Origin: a virus
Length of the DNA stretch: 41,503 nt
Reading direction: 5' to 3' (one strand)
IMG/VR virus record: IMGVR_UViG_3300005441_000004
Coordinates: 1-41,503 of that record
The position numbers were made by a program, and so were the translations under genes. Positions 1 to 7,760 of the stretch are shown piece after piece (position 1 is the stretch's first letter; each line of letters begins with the position of its first letter). Under the pieces are notes generated by a model. The model did not search any database and was not told the DNA's origin. It worked only from the letters and a program-made list of their open reading frames with translations.

Positions 1-120
1 GGCAACGACCACACCAGCGCCAAGGACGTCACCACGCTCAACTCCTGGGCCGCGGCCACCGTCGCCGGCGGGCAGGCGGCCGCCCCGACGATCACGCACG
101 TGGTCCGGGTCGCCGGCGAC
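1..120. repeat. Left copy of an exact 120-bp terminal duplication, identical to 41384-41503. Best read as the assembly overlap of a circular or circularly permuted genome.
   Basis: Compared by eye. Both copies read ggcaacgaccacaccagcgcc...gtccgggtcgccggcgac. The repeat lies inside a CDS. Confidence 0.9.
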
Positions 121-321
121 AACGGCGAAGGCTTCCAGACCAGCTCCCCCGCGCTGGCCGAAGTCGACCCCGGCGACAACTGCCTGACCGTCTATCCGGC
201 GAGCCAGCCCCACCCGCGCCTGGGGGCGGGCACCTTCGCGTCCCGCATCATCGACATCGGCAACGGCACCGACGAGACCACCGCCACGCTGGGCTGCCAG
301 CTGCTGGGAAGGGTGAGCTGA
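1..321 (+). CDS. 3' part of the wrap-around minor tail protein gene. It continues 40415..41503, and the joined product is about 430 aa.
   Basis: Position 41503 equals position 120, and the next codon starts at 121 in the frame of track ORF 100..321. TGA at 319-321. Confidence 0.7.
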   Translation, partial: GNDHTSAKDVTTLNSWAAATVAGGQAAAPTITHVVRVAGDNGEGFQTSSPALAEVDPGDNCLTVYPASQPHPRLGAGTFASRIIDIGNGTDETTATLGCQLLGRVS

Positions 322-322
322 C

Positions 323-1093
323 ATGGTCGACACCACCCGCCCTGGGCAGGTCCCGCCCCGTGAGCGCGAGCTGACTGACCGGATTGCCCGGCTCGAAGTG
401 CAGGTCAACGAGTTGCTCGGGCGGGACATGACCAACGCCACCGTCGGGCAGGGCGGCACCTTCCGGGGCCTCTACGACAACGGCCAGCTCGCCTTCAGCT
501 TCGGCCGAAACAAGGACGACGGGGTCCGCAAGAGCACGCTGTACTGGCCCTCTACCGGCAAGGAAGCATTGCAGGTCGGTCCGGGCAACCCGAACACAAA
601 CCCGCCTGAGCTCGAGCAGCTACGGATGCGAGACCAGTCGAACAACATCGTGTTCGGTACCGACGGGATTGCCGGGTACGGGGTCGTGGAGCCGCTGCTG
701 GACTACGCGATGTACCCGATCGCCGGTCTCAACTACGTGGCCGGCGTCCCGCAGGCGTGCTGCCAGGCCCAGAGCTTCTTCTACAACGCCGCGCTCTGGT
801 CCTCGATCCTGGTGCGCAACTTCACCGGCACCATCACCTCCCTCACGCTCCAGCTGCAACTGCGCCACTCCGACGGCTCGATCGCCGCGGTGCAGTCCAG
901 CACGGCGACCGGGGTCGCGGCGAACAGCACGATCCGCAAGATCATCGCCGTTCCTGAGCCTTACATCTCCAGCCAGTTCACCTATCTGGAGTGGCTGATC
1001 ACCGCCAACGGCAACGGCACCGTCGACGTGTTCCCGCGGATGAGCCGGGGTGTGAGCAGGTCTTTCTACGACATCGCGGCTGGTGACCAGTGA
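323..1093 (+). CDS. Minor tail protein (256 aa) with an N-terminal coiled coil
   Basis: Track ORF. ATG lies 1 nt after the upstream TGA. RIARLEVQVNELLG heptads. Last gene of the tail run downstream of the tape measure. Confidence 0.6.
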   Translation: MVDTTRPGQVPPRERELTDRIARLEVQVNELLGRDMTNATVGQGGTFRGLYDNGQLAFSFGRNKDDGVRKSTLYWPSTGKEALQVGPGNPNTNPPELEQLRMRDQSNNIVFGTDGIAGYGVVEPLLDYAMYPIAGLNYVAGVPQACCQAQSFFYNAALWSSILVRNFTGTITSLTLQLQLRHSDGSIAAVQSSTATGVAANSTIRKIIAVPEPYISSQFTYLEWLITANGNGTVDVFPRMSRGVSRSFYDIAAGDQ

Positions 1094-1127
1094 TCTACAC
1101 TGAACGGGTGTTCGAAAGCGCCAGATC

Positions 1128-1370
1128 GTGAGTCCCGAGAGCGTGCGGTGGATCGTCGGTATCCTCGTCACGCTGCTCACGTTCGGCGGTGGCGCTCTGG
1201 TCACGGTGCTGATCTCGATCCTCAACCGGAAGAACGACACGATCGAGAAGCTTCGTGAGGCTAACCTCAACTACCGCCTGGCCTTGATCCAGCTGGGTAC
1301 CACTGCGGAGGCCGTGAACAAGACGCTCTCCGCTCTGCCGATTCCGCAGACGGATGGGTCCGGAAAATGA
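1128..1370 (+). CDS. Small membrane protein (80 aa, one N-terminal TM plus a coiled coil), part of the lysis cassette
   Basis: Track ORF with a GTG start. Hydrophobic WIVGILVTLLTFGGGALVTVLISIL. Confidence 0.5.
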   Translation: MSPESVRWIVGILVTLLTFGGGALVTVLISILNRKNDTIEKLREANLNYRLALIQLGTTAEAVNKTLSALPIPQTDGSGK

Positions 1371-1579
1371 TCAAGCTGGTTGAGTGGCTGCTGGGGCACC
1401 GGGTCAACGCCCTCCAGGATGAACACAGTGCGGCTGAGCAGGACGTCGAGGTGTCGCGGGCGCTGCGGGCGAGCGCGACACGTATCGGTGCCGAGCAGCG
1501 GCGTCGGCTGGCCGCCAACGGTTTCGGGGAGGCCTTCGAAGCGGCGTTCTACGCCAACGACAGACGGAGGCGGCCTTGA
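1367..1579 (+). CDS. Hypothetical protein (70 aa)
   Basis: Track ORF. ATGA start/stop overlap with the upstream gene. Confidence 0.45.
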   Translation: MIKLVEWLLGHRVNALQDEHSAAEQDVEVSRALRASATRIGAEQRRRLAANGFGEAFEAAFYANDRRRRP

Positions 1580-1905
1580 GCACGCTGAACTGGGTACTGA
1601 CCGCGGTGAACCTGCTCGGCGCGCTGTGCGGCTGGGCGTTCTTGATCATCTACACCAAGCGCTCGCCGTGGTGGCTCGAAGAACACCGCGCCCACCTGGG
1701 GTTCTTCACCCTCAGCCTGACTTTGATCATGACGCTGTACGTGTTCCGGCCGTTCATGAACCCGATCACCTTCGCCTACTTCCGCGCGCCGCTCTACGCC
1801 GCGGTGGTGGCGTGCATGGTGTGGCGCCTGACCCTGCTCTTGCGCTCGAAGGTCTCGGACCGGGAGCGCAACGACCGCGAAGACGCAGCGCGTGACGTAG
1901 GCTGA
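1576..1905 (+). CDS. Multi-TM membrane protein (109 aa), holin-like
   Basis: TTG start with GGAGG 5 nt upstream and a TTGA overlap. Three to four hydrophobic segments. Immediately upstream of the endolysin. Confidence 0.55.
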   Translation: MSTLNWVLTAVNLLGALCGWAFLIIYTKRSPWWLEEHRAHLGFFTLSLTLIMTLYVFRPFMNPITFAYFRAPLYAAVVACMVWRLTLLLRSKVSDRERNDREDAARDVG

Positions 1906-1930
1906 GCAGCGCAGACCAGTGGGAGGCCCC

Positions 1931-2707
1931 ATGGCAGTCAGCCAGAACGGATACACCGCCAACGACGCGAGCAAGGTGTCCAGCCGGCTCGTGCCCGGCA
2001 CCACGCGCCGGCTGACCGTGCGCAACGGCCCCGCCGGGGACCTGCTGCTCTGGGTCGCCGGCCAGTTCGACAAGCTGGTCGAGGACATCGAGCAGGGCAT
2101 CCTCGACGACTGGGGCTACGCCGAGCGCCCGATCCGCGGCGGGACCGAGCTGTCCAATCACGCGAGTGGCACGGCGATCGACCTCAACGCGACGTCGCAC
2201 CCGCTCACCACCGACCCCCCGGCGAACTACACCCGCGCCGAAATCGACGCGATCCACGCCATCCTCGCTCGGACCCAGGGGTGCGTGCGCTGGGGCGGGG
2301 ATTACTCGGGCAGAAAAGACGGAATGCATTTCGAGATCAACAACGGCGTCACAGAGGCGCAGTGCGCCCGCACCTTGACGGTGCTGACCAGTGGAGAGGA
2401 AGACGACGTGACCCCCGAAGACATCAAGGCCATCGGCGTGGCTGTGTGGGACGCCGTGGTCAAGAACAAGTCCAACGGCAACAACGACCCAGCACGGGAA
2501 AGCCTCGGCTGGACGCTGCGGGGGGTTGACGTGGCCAATGCCAAGCTGGACGCGCTGACGGCGTCCGTCGCCGGTCTGCGCGCCGCGATCGCTGCCGGCA
2601 CGAACGACCCGGACATCACCGAGGCCCGGCTGGCCGAGATCGTGGACAGCGCCATCGAGCGCCACGTCCAGATCACCGGCACGATCGAGATCGGCTCGAA
2701 GCAGTGA
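1931..2707 (+). CDS. Endolysin with an N-terminal zinc peptidase M15 (VanY/DD-peptidase-like) domain and a C-terminal domain of unknown type
   Basis: SNHASGTAIDLN and DGMHFEI zinc-ligand motifs. ATG 1931 lies 4 nt after GGGAGG. The track ORF begins at the upstream GTG 1919. Confidence 0.8.
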   Translation: MAVSQNGYTANDASKVSSRLVPGTTRRLTVRNGPAGDLLLWVAGQFDKLVEDIEQGILDDWGYAERPIRGGTELSNHASGTAIDLNATSHPLTTDPPANYTRAEIDAIHAILARTQGCVRWGGDYSGRKDGMHFEINNGVTEAQCARTLTVLTSGEEDDVTPEDIKAIGVAVWDAVVKNKSNGNNDPARESLGWTLRGVDVANAKLDALTASVAGLRAAIAAGTNDPDITEARLAEIVDSAIERHVQITGTIEIGSKQ

Positions 2708-2952
2708 ACCGGGGCTACGACGGCGAAGACCACTTCGTCGAGAACGTGCCCGCTTCGTCCGGCTGGCCCACCCGGCTCGCCGGCTACGCCAAGCTCATCG
2801 CCACCGCCATCACCACGCTGGGCACCACGGGCGTGCTGGGGTGGCTCGAAGGCGCGGGGGTCAACCACCTGCCGCCGTGGGCGAACGCGGGCATCACCGC
2901 GGCGGTGGGGCTGTTGACGGTGCTGTTCGGGCCGCGGAACAAGGCGTCCTGA
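2704..2952 (+). CDS. Two-TM membrane protein (82 aa), holin-like
   Basis: GTGA overlap with the endolysin stop. Two hydrophobic helices (LIATAITTLGTTGVLGWL and ITAAVGLLTVLF). Confidence 0.55.
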   Translation: MNRGYDGEDHFVENVPASSGWPTRLAGYAKLIATAITTLGTTGVLGWLEGAGVNHLPPWANAGITAAVGLLTVLFGPRNKAS

Positions 2953-3010
2953 TCCGGGTCCGAATCCCGGACGCCCGCGGGCGCTGATAACTGGCAGCCC
3001 AGGACACGGC

Positions 3011-3047
3011 GAAGCCCCCTCCCGTACTCGCTTCGGGAGGGGGCTTC
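3011..3047. terminator. Bidirectional intrinsic-type terminator hairpin between convergent operons
   Basis: Perfect 14-bp stem: gaagccccctcccg (3011-3024) pairs with cgggagggggcttc (3034-3047), with a 9-nt loop. Confidence 0.8.
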
Positions 3048-3055
3048 GTCACGTT

Positions 3056-3646
3056 TCAGCCGAGGCGCTGCGCGATCCCGGCCAGAGTCCCGAATGCTGC
3101 GCCGATCTGCGTAGCGAGCGCGTTCGCGTCGTTGATCGCCTGCAGGAACGGACCGGTGGCGTTCTCGAGCTCGGAGTGCCCGTCTCCGAGCGCGGCCTGC
3201 ACCTCCTGGACTTTGCTGGTCAAGTCGTTGACGATCTCCTGAGTCATGCCGATTGCGTTCTTGCTCAGGCTCAGCTCCCGCAGGCGTGCGGCCTCTTCTT
3301 GAGCGGACATTCCGGTCGTGTTCCTTTCACTGGTCTCGCGCGGGCCGGGTGACGTCGCGCGCTTCTTCCGGCGCTGCGCCTCGGCGAGCACCGCGTCAGG
3401 GTGGGTCTGGTCCGGCAGCGGCGCGTCGCGTACGCGGTCCCGGTCACCGGAGAACAGGTCCGCGAGTTCCTGCGCGGCCTCGGCGTCGGGGCCGGACATC
3501 GTGACGTCGAAGCCCTGGCCGATCAGGTCGATCGTGGTGTCGTCTGCCTCGACCTCGGACAGCTCGCGCAGGAAGTCGTCGGGGTCGGTGTAGTCCTCGC
3601 CCCCGCCACCCTCCTCAGGGCGGCGGGGTTCCGGCGGCTCGGTCAC
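3056..3646 (-). CDS. Hypothetical protein (196 aa). The acidic N-terminus carries an RsdA-like anti-sigma motif (tentative). The C-terminus is helical.
   Basis: Track ORF. GTGA overlap with the upstream gene. Motif LSEVEADDTTIDLIGQG. Confidence 0.6.
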   Translation of the reverse strand: MTEPPEPRRPEEGGGGEDYTDPDDFLRELSEVEADDTTIDLIGQGFDVTMSGPDAEAAQELADLFSGDRDRVRDAPLPDQTHPDAVLAEAQRRKKRATSPGPRETSERNTTGMSAQEEAARLRELSLSKNAIGMTQEIVNDLTSKVQEVQAALGDGHSELENATGPFLQAINDANALATQIGAAFGTLAGIAQRLG

Positions 3647-3900
3647 GAGTTGCGGCGGGCGATTTCCGCGGTGGCCAGATCGCGAACAACGCGCGCGTGG
3701 TGCCGAGTCTGCGCCCGGTCGAAGCCGTCGTACACCACGGATTCGTCGTTCATGTCATCGGTGACGAATCCGATGATGTTCTGCAGACGTCGGATGTCAC
3801 GGGAACGCAACTCAGTGGGTGTGTAGCTGCCGCGGGCGCCGGCTTCGGCCACAGCGAGGCGGCGGGCGAACTCGGGTTCGGTGATCGTGCTGGCGTTCAC
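3643..3900 (-). CDS. Hypothetical protein (85 aa), first gene of the P1 operon
   Basis: GTG 3900 lies 3 nt after GGAGGA (complement of 3904-3909). P1 is upstream. Confidence 0.6.
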   Translation of the reverse strand: MNASTITEPEFARRLAVAEAGARGSYTPTELRSRDIRRLQNIIGFVTDDMNDESVVYDGFDRAQTRHHARVVRDLATAEIARRNS

Positions 3901-3934
3901 TGATCCTCCACTGGTCTGCTTCGCTGGTAGAACC

Positions 3935-3964
3935 AGTATGGCACACCTAGCACAACTCGCACAA
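3935..3964 (-). promoter_or_regulatory. Promoter P1: TTGTGC-N18-CATACT
   Basis: The minus strand reads TTGTGCgagttgtgctaggtgtgcCATACT. Member of the six-copy family. Confidence 0.6.
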
Positions 3965-3971
3965 CCCCCGG

Positions 3972-4676
3972 CTACCAGCGATCAGGCATCCCCGAGGTGT
4001 TGCCCGGCACGCCGCGGGCGCCGACGCCCCAGTGGTACCAGAGCCAGGTCACCTCCGGGACGTGCCGGAACACCCCGCCCGCCGCCCGGCACCGCAGCGT
4101 GAACTCGTGGTCCTCGCCGCGGCGCTGCCCGTCGACTTCCCGGCCGTCCTCCTCGAACTGCGCGAACCCGCCGGCCTCGCGCGCCAGCTCGGTGCGCACC
4201 AGCGTGGTGATGGTGGTCTGGCACGGGTCCTCGTCGTTCCACTGGCTGAACGCCTTCTCCCCCAGGAACGCCGGCCCGTCGAGCCGCTCGCCGCCGGGGT
4301 AGCAGATCTGGAACCGCGACCAGACGTAGTCCGCCTGGTGCTCGAGCGCGGCCGAGAAGAGGGCGTAGAGGTGCGTCGGGAGCATCTCGTCGTCGTCGTC
4401 GAGGAACGCCACCCACTCGGTATCCACCTGCATCAGCCCGGCGTGCCGGGTTTTCGCCGCCCCGGCGTGCATCATGTCCGGTACCGCGAGGTACCGCATG
4501 ATGAAGCCGGGGAACCGGGCCAGGAACTCCGACCGTCGGTCGCCCAAGTACTTCATCGACGCCAGCACGCTCTCTCGTTGCCGGGCCTGGATGATCGCCC
4601 GCGGCGGGATGGTGGGCGTGACGACGGTGATGCCCGGCTGCAGCGCCGGAAGCACCTCCTCCAGCGACCCGCTCAC
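3972..4676 (-). CDS. Glycosyltransferase, family 2-like GT-A fold (234 aa)
   Basis: ITVVTPTIPPR N-terminal strand and FLDDDD (DxD motif). GTGA overlap with the methyltransferase stop. Confidence 0.75.
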   Translation of the reverse strand: MSGSLEEVLPALQPGITVVTPTIPPRAIIQARQRESVLASMKYLGDRRSEFLARFPGFIMRYLAVPDMMHAGAAKTRHAGLMQVDTEWVAFLDDDDEMLPTHLYALFSAALEHQADYVWSRFQICYPGGERLDGPAFLGEKAFSQWNDEDPCQTTITTLVRTELAREAGGFAQFEEDGREVDGQRRGEDHEFTLRCRAAGGVFRHVPEVTWLWYHWGVGARGVPGNTSGMPDRW

Positions 4677-5551
4677 AGATCCGCCGCCAGGATCTTGAAC
4701 CCCTTCGCCAGGTGATTACGGATAGCGCGCTGAGCGTCGATTTCCACCAGCGGCCACGGCCCGCCCGGACGGTGCCCGGCAGAGATCAGCGCGTACGCCA
4801 TCGCGTCCACGCCGGCGTCTTCCTGCGCGTCCTCCGGCACGGCCACGGCTTCGTCGGTCGTTAGGCCGTGATGTTCCGAGCGGGCGGCTTCCACGATCGC
4901 CTGCGTCATCTCGGCCGCGTCAGCTTCCACCTCGTCATCGCGCACGACCTCGAAAAGGCAGACCTGAGACCACTCGACGCGGTGGTACTGCCGGGCCTCG
5001 AAGCCTGCGCCTTCGAACAGCCTCGCGTACCCTTCGGTGTCCCAGGCCCACGCGTGGTTCCACTCGTGCCGCACCGGCGTCTCGTTCCACGGCGAGCTGG
5101 CCACCACGAACTTCACGCTGTCCCGCTGCGCCAGCTTGGCGAGGAAGCCGTGCGGGTCAGCCAAGTGCTCGAGCACCTCGGTCAGCACCACCACCGGGCC
5201 GAGCGGAGTTTCGTCGAGGGTGGCCGAGACGTTGCGCTCGTAGACGGTCACGCCGCGCACGCGCCGGGCGTACTCGGCGTCGGCGCGGATGATCTCGTAG
5301 CCGTAGGAGACGTCCTTGAGCCCGTACTCCAGCAGCGAAAGCAGCGCGCCGTCGCCGGCGCCGAGGTCCACGACGTAGCCGGAGGCGTCGTTGGCCGCTT
5401 CCGAGGCCAGCGCCGCGGCGGCCTGGAGCCGGGCGGTGTGCGCGTTCGACGGCGCCTCGAGGTGGTTGCAGTGGGCGCGGTCGCGCCACCACTCCGGGTC
5501 CAGCCACTCCGGCGGGTTCCCGGGGTCGAACAGGCGGTGTTCCATGGTCAT
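4673..5551 (-). CDS. Class I SAM-dependent methyltransferase (292 aa)
   Basis: VVDLGAGDGALL (motif I) and VLTEVLEHL. ATGA overlap at 5548-5551. An alternative ATG is at 5545. The 373-aa track version is rejected. Confidence 0.75.
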   Translation of the reverse strand: MTMEHRLFDPGNPPEWLDPEWWRDRAHCNHLEAPSNAHTARLQAAAALASEAANDASGYVVDLGAGDGALLSLLEYGLKDVSYGYEIIRADAEYARRVRGVTVYERNVSATLDETPLGPVVVLTEVLEHLADPHGFLAKLAQRDSVKFVVASSPWNETPVRHEWNHAWAWDTEGYARLFEGAGFEARQYHRVEWSQVCLFEVVRDDEVEADAAEMTQAIVEAARSEHHGLTTDEAVAVPEDAQEDAGVDAMAYALISAGHRPGGPWPLVEIDAQRAIRNHLAKGFKILAADL

Positions 5552-5784
5552 CCTCTCGTGCAGGCCCGGCGGTCGCGCCGGGTGTAGCGAACAGCTTCGG
5601 GGTTCTTCGGTACCGGCACAGCCACACCTGCGCGGCGGTGCGCCCGGCAGAGGCCCTCCCAGGTCATCCCCAGGCGGGCGGCGATGGCCTCGCCGGTCAG
5701 GCCGAACTCCGCCAGCTCGGCGGTGTCGGCGACCACGTCGGCGCGGCGGCGCTTGCGCAGGCGGTTCTCCAGCGTCTGCGTCAC
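5548..5784 (-). CDS. Small helix-turn-helix DNA-binding protein (78 aa)
   Basis: GTG 5784 in a GTGA overlap. TAELAEFGLTGEAIAARLGMTWEGLCRAHRRAG looks like an HTH. Confidence 0.55.
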   Translation of the reverse strand: MTQTLENRLRKRRRADVVADTAELAEFGLTGEAIAARLGMTWEGLCRAHRRAGVAVPVPKNPEAVRYTRRDRRACTRG

Positions 5785-5885
5785 GGTTCGCCACCCCCGC
5801 GGCCGATCGCGCAGGCCATGATCAAGATGATCCCGCAGACGATGATCAGGCCCACCCACCACGGGTAGGGCACGTCGCCGTTCAC
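5781..5885 (-). CDS. 34-aa single-TM peptide
   Basis: GTGA overlaps at both ends. Product is VNGDVPYPWWVGLIIVCGIILIMACAIGRGGGEP. Below the track size cutoff. Confidence 0.45.
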   Translation of the reverse strand: MNGDVPYPWWVGLIIVCGIILIMACAIGRGGGEP

Positions 5886-5983
5886 CGCCGGCCCCCGAAC
5901 CACCGCGCGGCGGCCAGCGTCGCCAGCATGACGAGGACCCCTACGGTTGAGCCGTTGCAGAAACCGATCCAGTAGTCGCTCAC
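5882..5983 (-). CDS. 33-aa single-TM peptide
   Basis: GTGA overlaps at both ends. Product is VSDYWIGFCNGSTVGVLVMLATLAAARWFGGRR. Confidence 0.45.
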   Translation of the reverse strand: MSDYWIGFCNGSTVGVLVMLATLAAARWFGGRR

Positions 5984-6693
5984 TGTGATCCCTTCCGGTA
6001 GAGCTCGGCGTTGCGGCCGGCCAGGTCCCGGGCGGCGCCGTCGTGCCAGAGCTCGCGCAGCACGTACCCGCTCGGGCCCATCGTGCCGCGCAGGCCACGC
6101 GCCAAGGTGTCGAGGAACGCGGTGTCCTCGTAGCCCCAGCCCTCGTAGCGTTCGTCCAGCCCGCCCGCTGCCTCGAACGCCGCACGCCACACCCCCAGCA
6201 CGCCCGGGCAGGGCGCGGGGTGGACGTGCCAGTCCGCGGCCTCCAGCGGCAGCACGGTGCCGTGCAGGATCAACCGGGTGGCCGCCTCGGTGGCGTAGGC
6301 GACGCGGTCGTAGATCCGGGCGAAGGCGTACCCCCGCAACTGGTGCGTGGCCCACTCGATCGCCCGAGCGTCCGGCACGTGGTCGGCGCCGAAGAGCAGG
6401 AAGTGCTCGCCGTGGGCGTGCTTCGCGGCGTCGTTGAGCGCGCGGGCGACCGAGAAGGGGATCAGGTCGTAAAGCGGTGGCGGCCGGAAGTCGCGGTCCA
6501 CCACCGGCTCAATCACACGCTCATACTCGCGCTTGCCGAACAGGGGGTCGTGGCCCACCACGATCTCGTCCACCAGGCCGCGGTTGCGCATGGCGTCCCA
6601 CTGCTTCGAGCACCACCGCCACACCTCGGCGCGATGCTTGCCCGCGGCGTCGAGGGTCGCCCCGAACGGCACGAGCACGCTGATTTTCGTCAC
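5980..6693 (-). CDS. Glycosyltransferase, GT-A fold (237 aa)
   Basis: GTG 6693 after GAAGGTGG. ISVLVPF strand and a GWGYEDTAF motif of the galactosyltransferase-like C-terminal type. Confidence 0.65.
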   Translation of the reverse strand: MTKISVLVPFGATLDAAGKHRAEVWRWCSKQWDAMRNRGLVDEIVVGHDPLFGKREYERVIEPVVDRDFRPPPLYDLIPFSVARALNDAAKHAHGEHFLLFGADHVPDARAIEWATHQLRGYAFARIYDRVAYATEAATRLILHGTVLPLEAADWHVHPAPCPGVLGVWRAAFEAAGGLDERYEGWGYEDTAFLDTLARGLRGTMGPSGYVLRELWHDGAARDLAGRNAELYRKGSQ

Positions 6694-6722
6694 TGGTCTG
6701 TCCACCTTCTGTCCGGGAATTG

Positions 6723-7760
6723 TCAGTCGAGCAGAGCTTTTTCCCACTCGACGGCGTGCGCCTCGAGGGTGTTGGCCTGGGCCCAGGTGAGGGCGAGCGA
6801 AGCCAGTTCCCAGCGCCAGTCCGGCCGCTCGAGGACGTGTTCGAGATCGGCCGCCCACTCGCTGGTGAACTGGATGCCGGGTACGTCAGTGGCCCGGTAC
6901 GGCCCGACGCCGCTGGCGAAGATCGCCATCCCCCGCGCGGCCAGCTCCTTCAGGCGAAGGTCGGACTTCGAGCGGTTGAACAGGTCGTCGGCGAGCGGGG
7001 CGAGCCCGATGTGCCCGGCAAGGGTGGGGATGTAGCGGTCCACGCCCTCGATCCACGGCACCTGCGCGACGCGGGCGTACACCGTGCTCGCCAGCCGCGG
7101 TTCGTCAAGCCGGGCGATCGCCGTGCGCAGCCGGTCCGCGTACGGGGCGCCGACGATCCGGACCTTGAAGTCCGTACGCTCACGCAGCAGCTTCCGCAGC
7201 GGCACGGCCACCTCGTCGAAGTCCCGGCGGTGGGTGTCGCTCCCGGCCCAGGTGATCGTCGGGACCTGCAGCCCCACCAGATCGGGGACCCTGTCCACCA
7301 CGAACCGCTCAGGCACGTAGTTCGGGACCACGCGGACGGTGTCCGGGTCGACGTACTTGCGCAGGGTGCGTACCCGAGTGGCCAGGTGTTCACCGGTGAC
7401 GATGACCCGGTCCGCCTGCCCGATCGTCTCGGTGAGCCGGTACCGCCGCGCGGGGTCGGCCATCATCTCGTGCGCGGGGTTGTGCTCGGGCACGGCGAAC
7501 AGATCGTCGTCGAGTTCCACCACGATCCGCGGCCGCGCGCTCTCCGGCAGCGTCAGCATCTTCTCGATCAGGTGCGTGGTCGTGGACTCGGTCGGGCGCT
7601 GGATGACCACGACGTCGCTCATCGCGGCGGTAGCCAGCCCGACCCGGCGGTCCCACCGCGTCTCGTGGCCGAGGCGCTTGAGCACCCGCGCCGGCTCGGC
7701 GCAGCGGTAGAAGGTGCAGGCCGAGGCGGTGTCCCCGGACCAGAACAGGATGCGGGCCAT
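6723..7760 (-). CDS. Glycosyltransferase, GT-B fold, GT4-like (345 aa)
   Basis: Track ORF. The C-terminal KELAARGMAIFASGVGPY resembles the GT-B nucleotide-sugar binding region. Confidence 0.65.
   Translation of the reverse strand: MARILFWSGDTASACTFYRCAEPARVLKRLGHETRWDRRVGLATAAMSDVVVIQRPTESTTTHLIEKMLTLPESARPRIVVELDDDLFAVPEHNPAHEMMADPARRYRLTETIGQADRVIVTGEHLATRVRTLRKYVDPDTVRVVPNYVPERFVVDRVPDLVGLQVPTITWAGSDTHRRDFDEVAVPLRKLLRERTDFKVRIVGAPYADRLRTAIARLDEPRLASTVYARVAQVPWIEGVDRYIPTLAGHIGLAPLADDLFNRSKSDLRLKELAARGMAIFASGVGPYRATDVPGIQFTSEWAADLEHVLERPDWRWELASLALTWAQANTLEAHAVEWEKALLD

Noticed and set aside
1-120. The 120-bp end repeat as a physical direct terminal repeat or cos region.
   Set aside because: It lies in the middle of a tail protein CDS that is only complete when the ends are joined. 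An assembly overlap of a circular map is more parsimonious, though it is kept as a finding to be checked with reads.
4673-5794. The 373-aa version of the methyltransferase ORF.
   Set aside because: The first 81 residues are Arg/Pro-rich and overlap the HTH gene, which is in another frame. ATG 5551 has the ATGA overlap and is preceded by GAGAGG.
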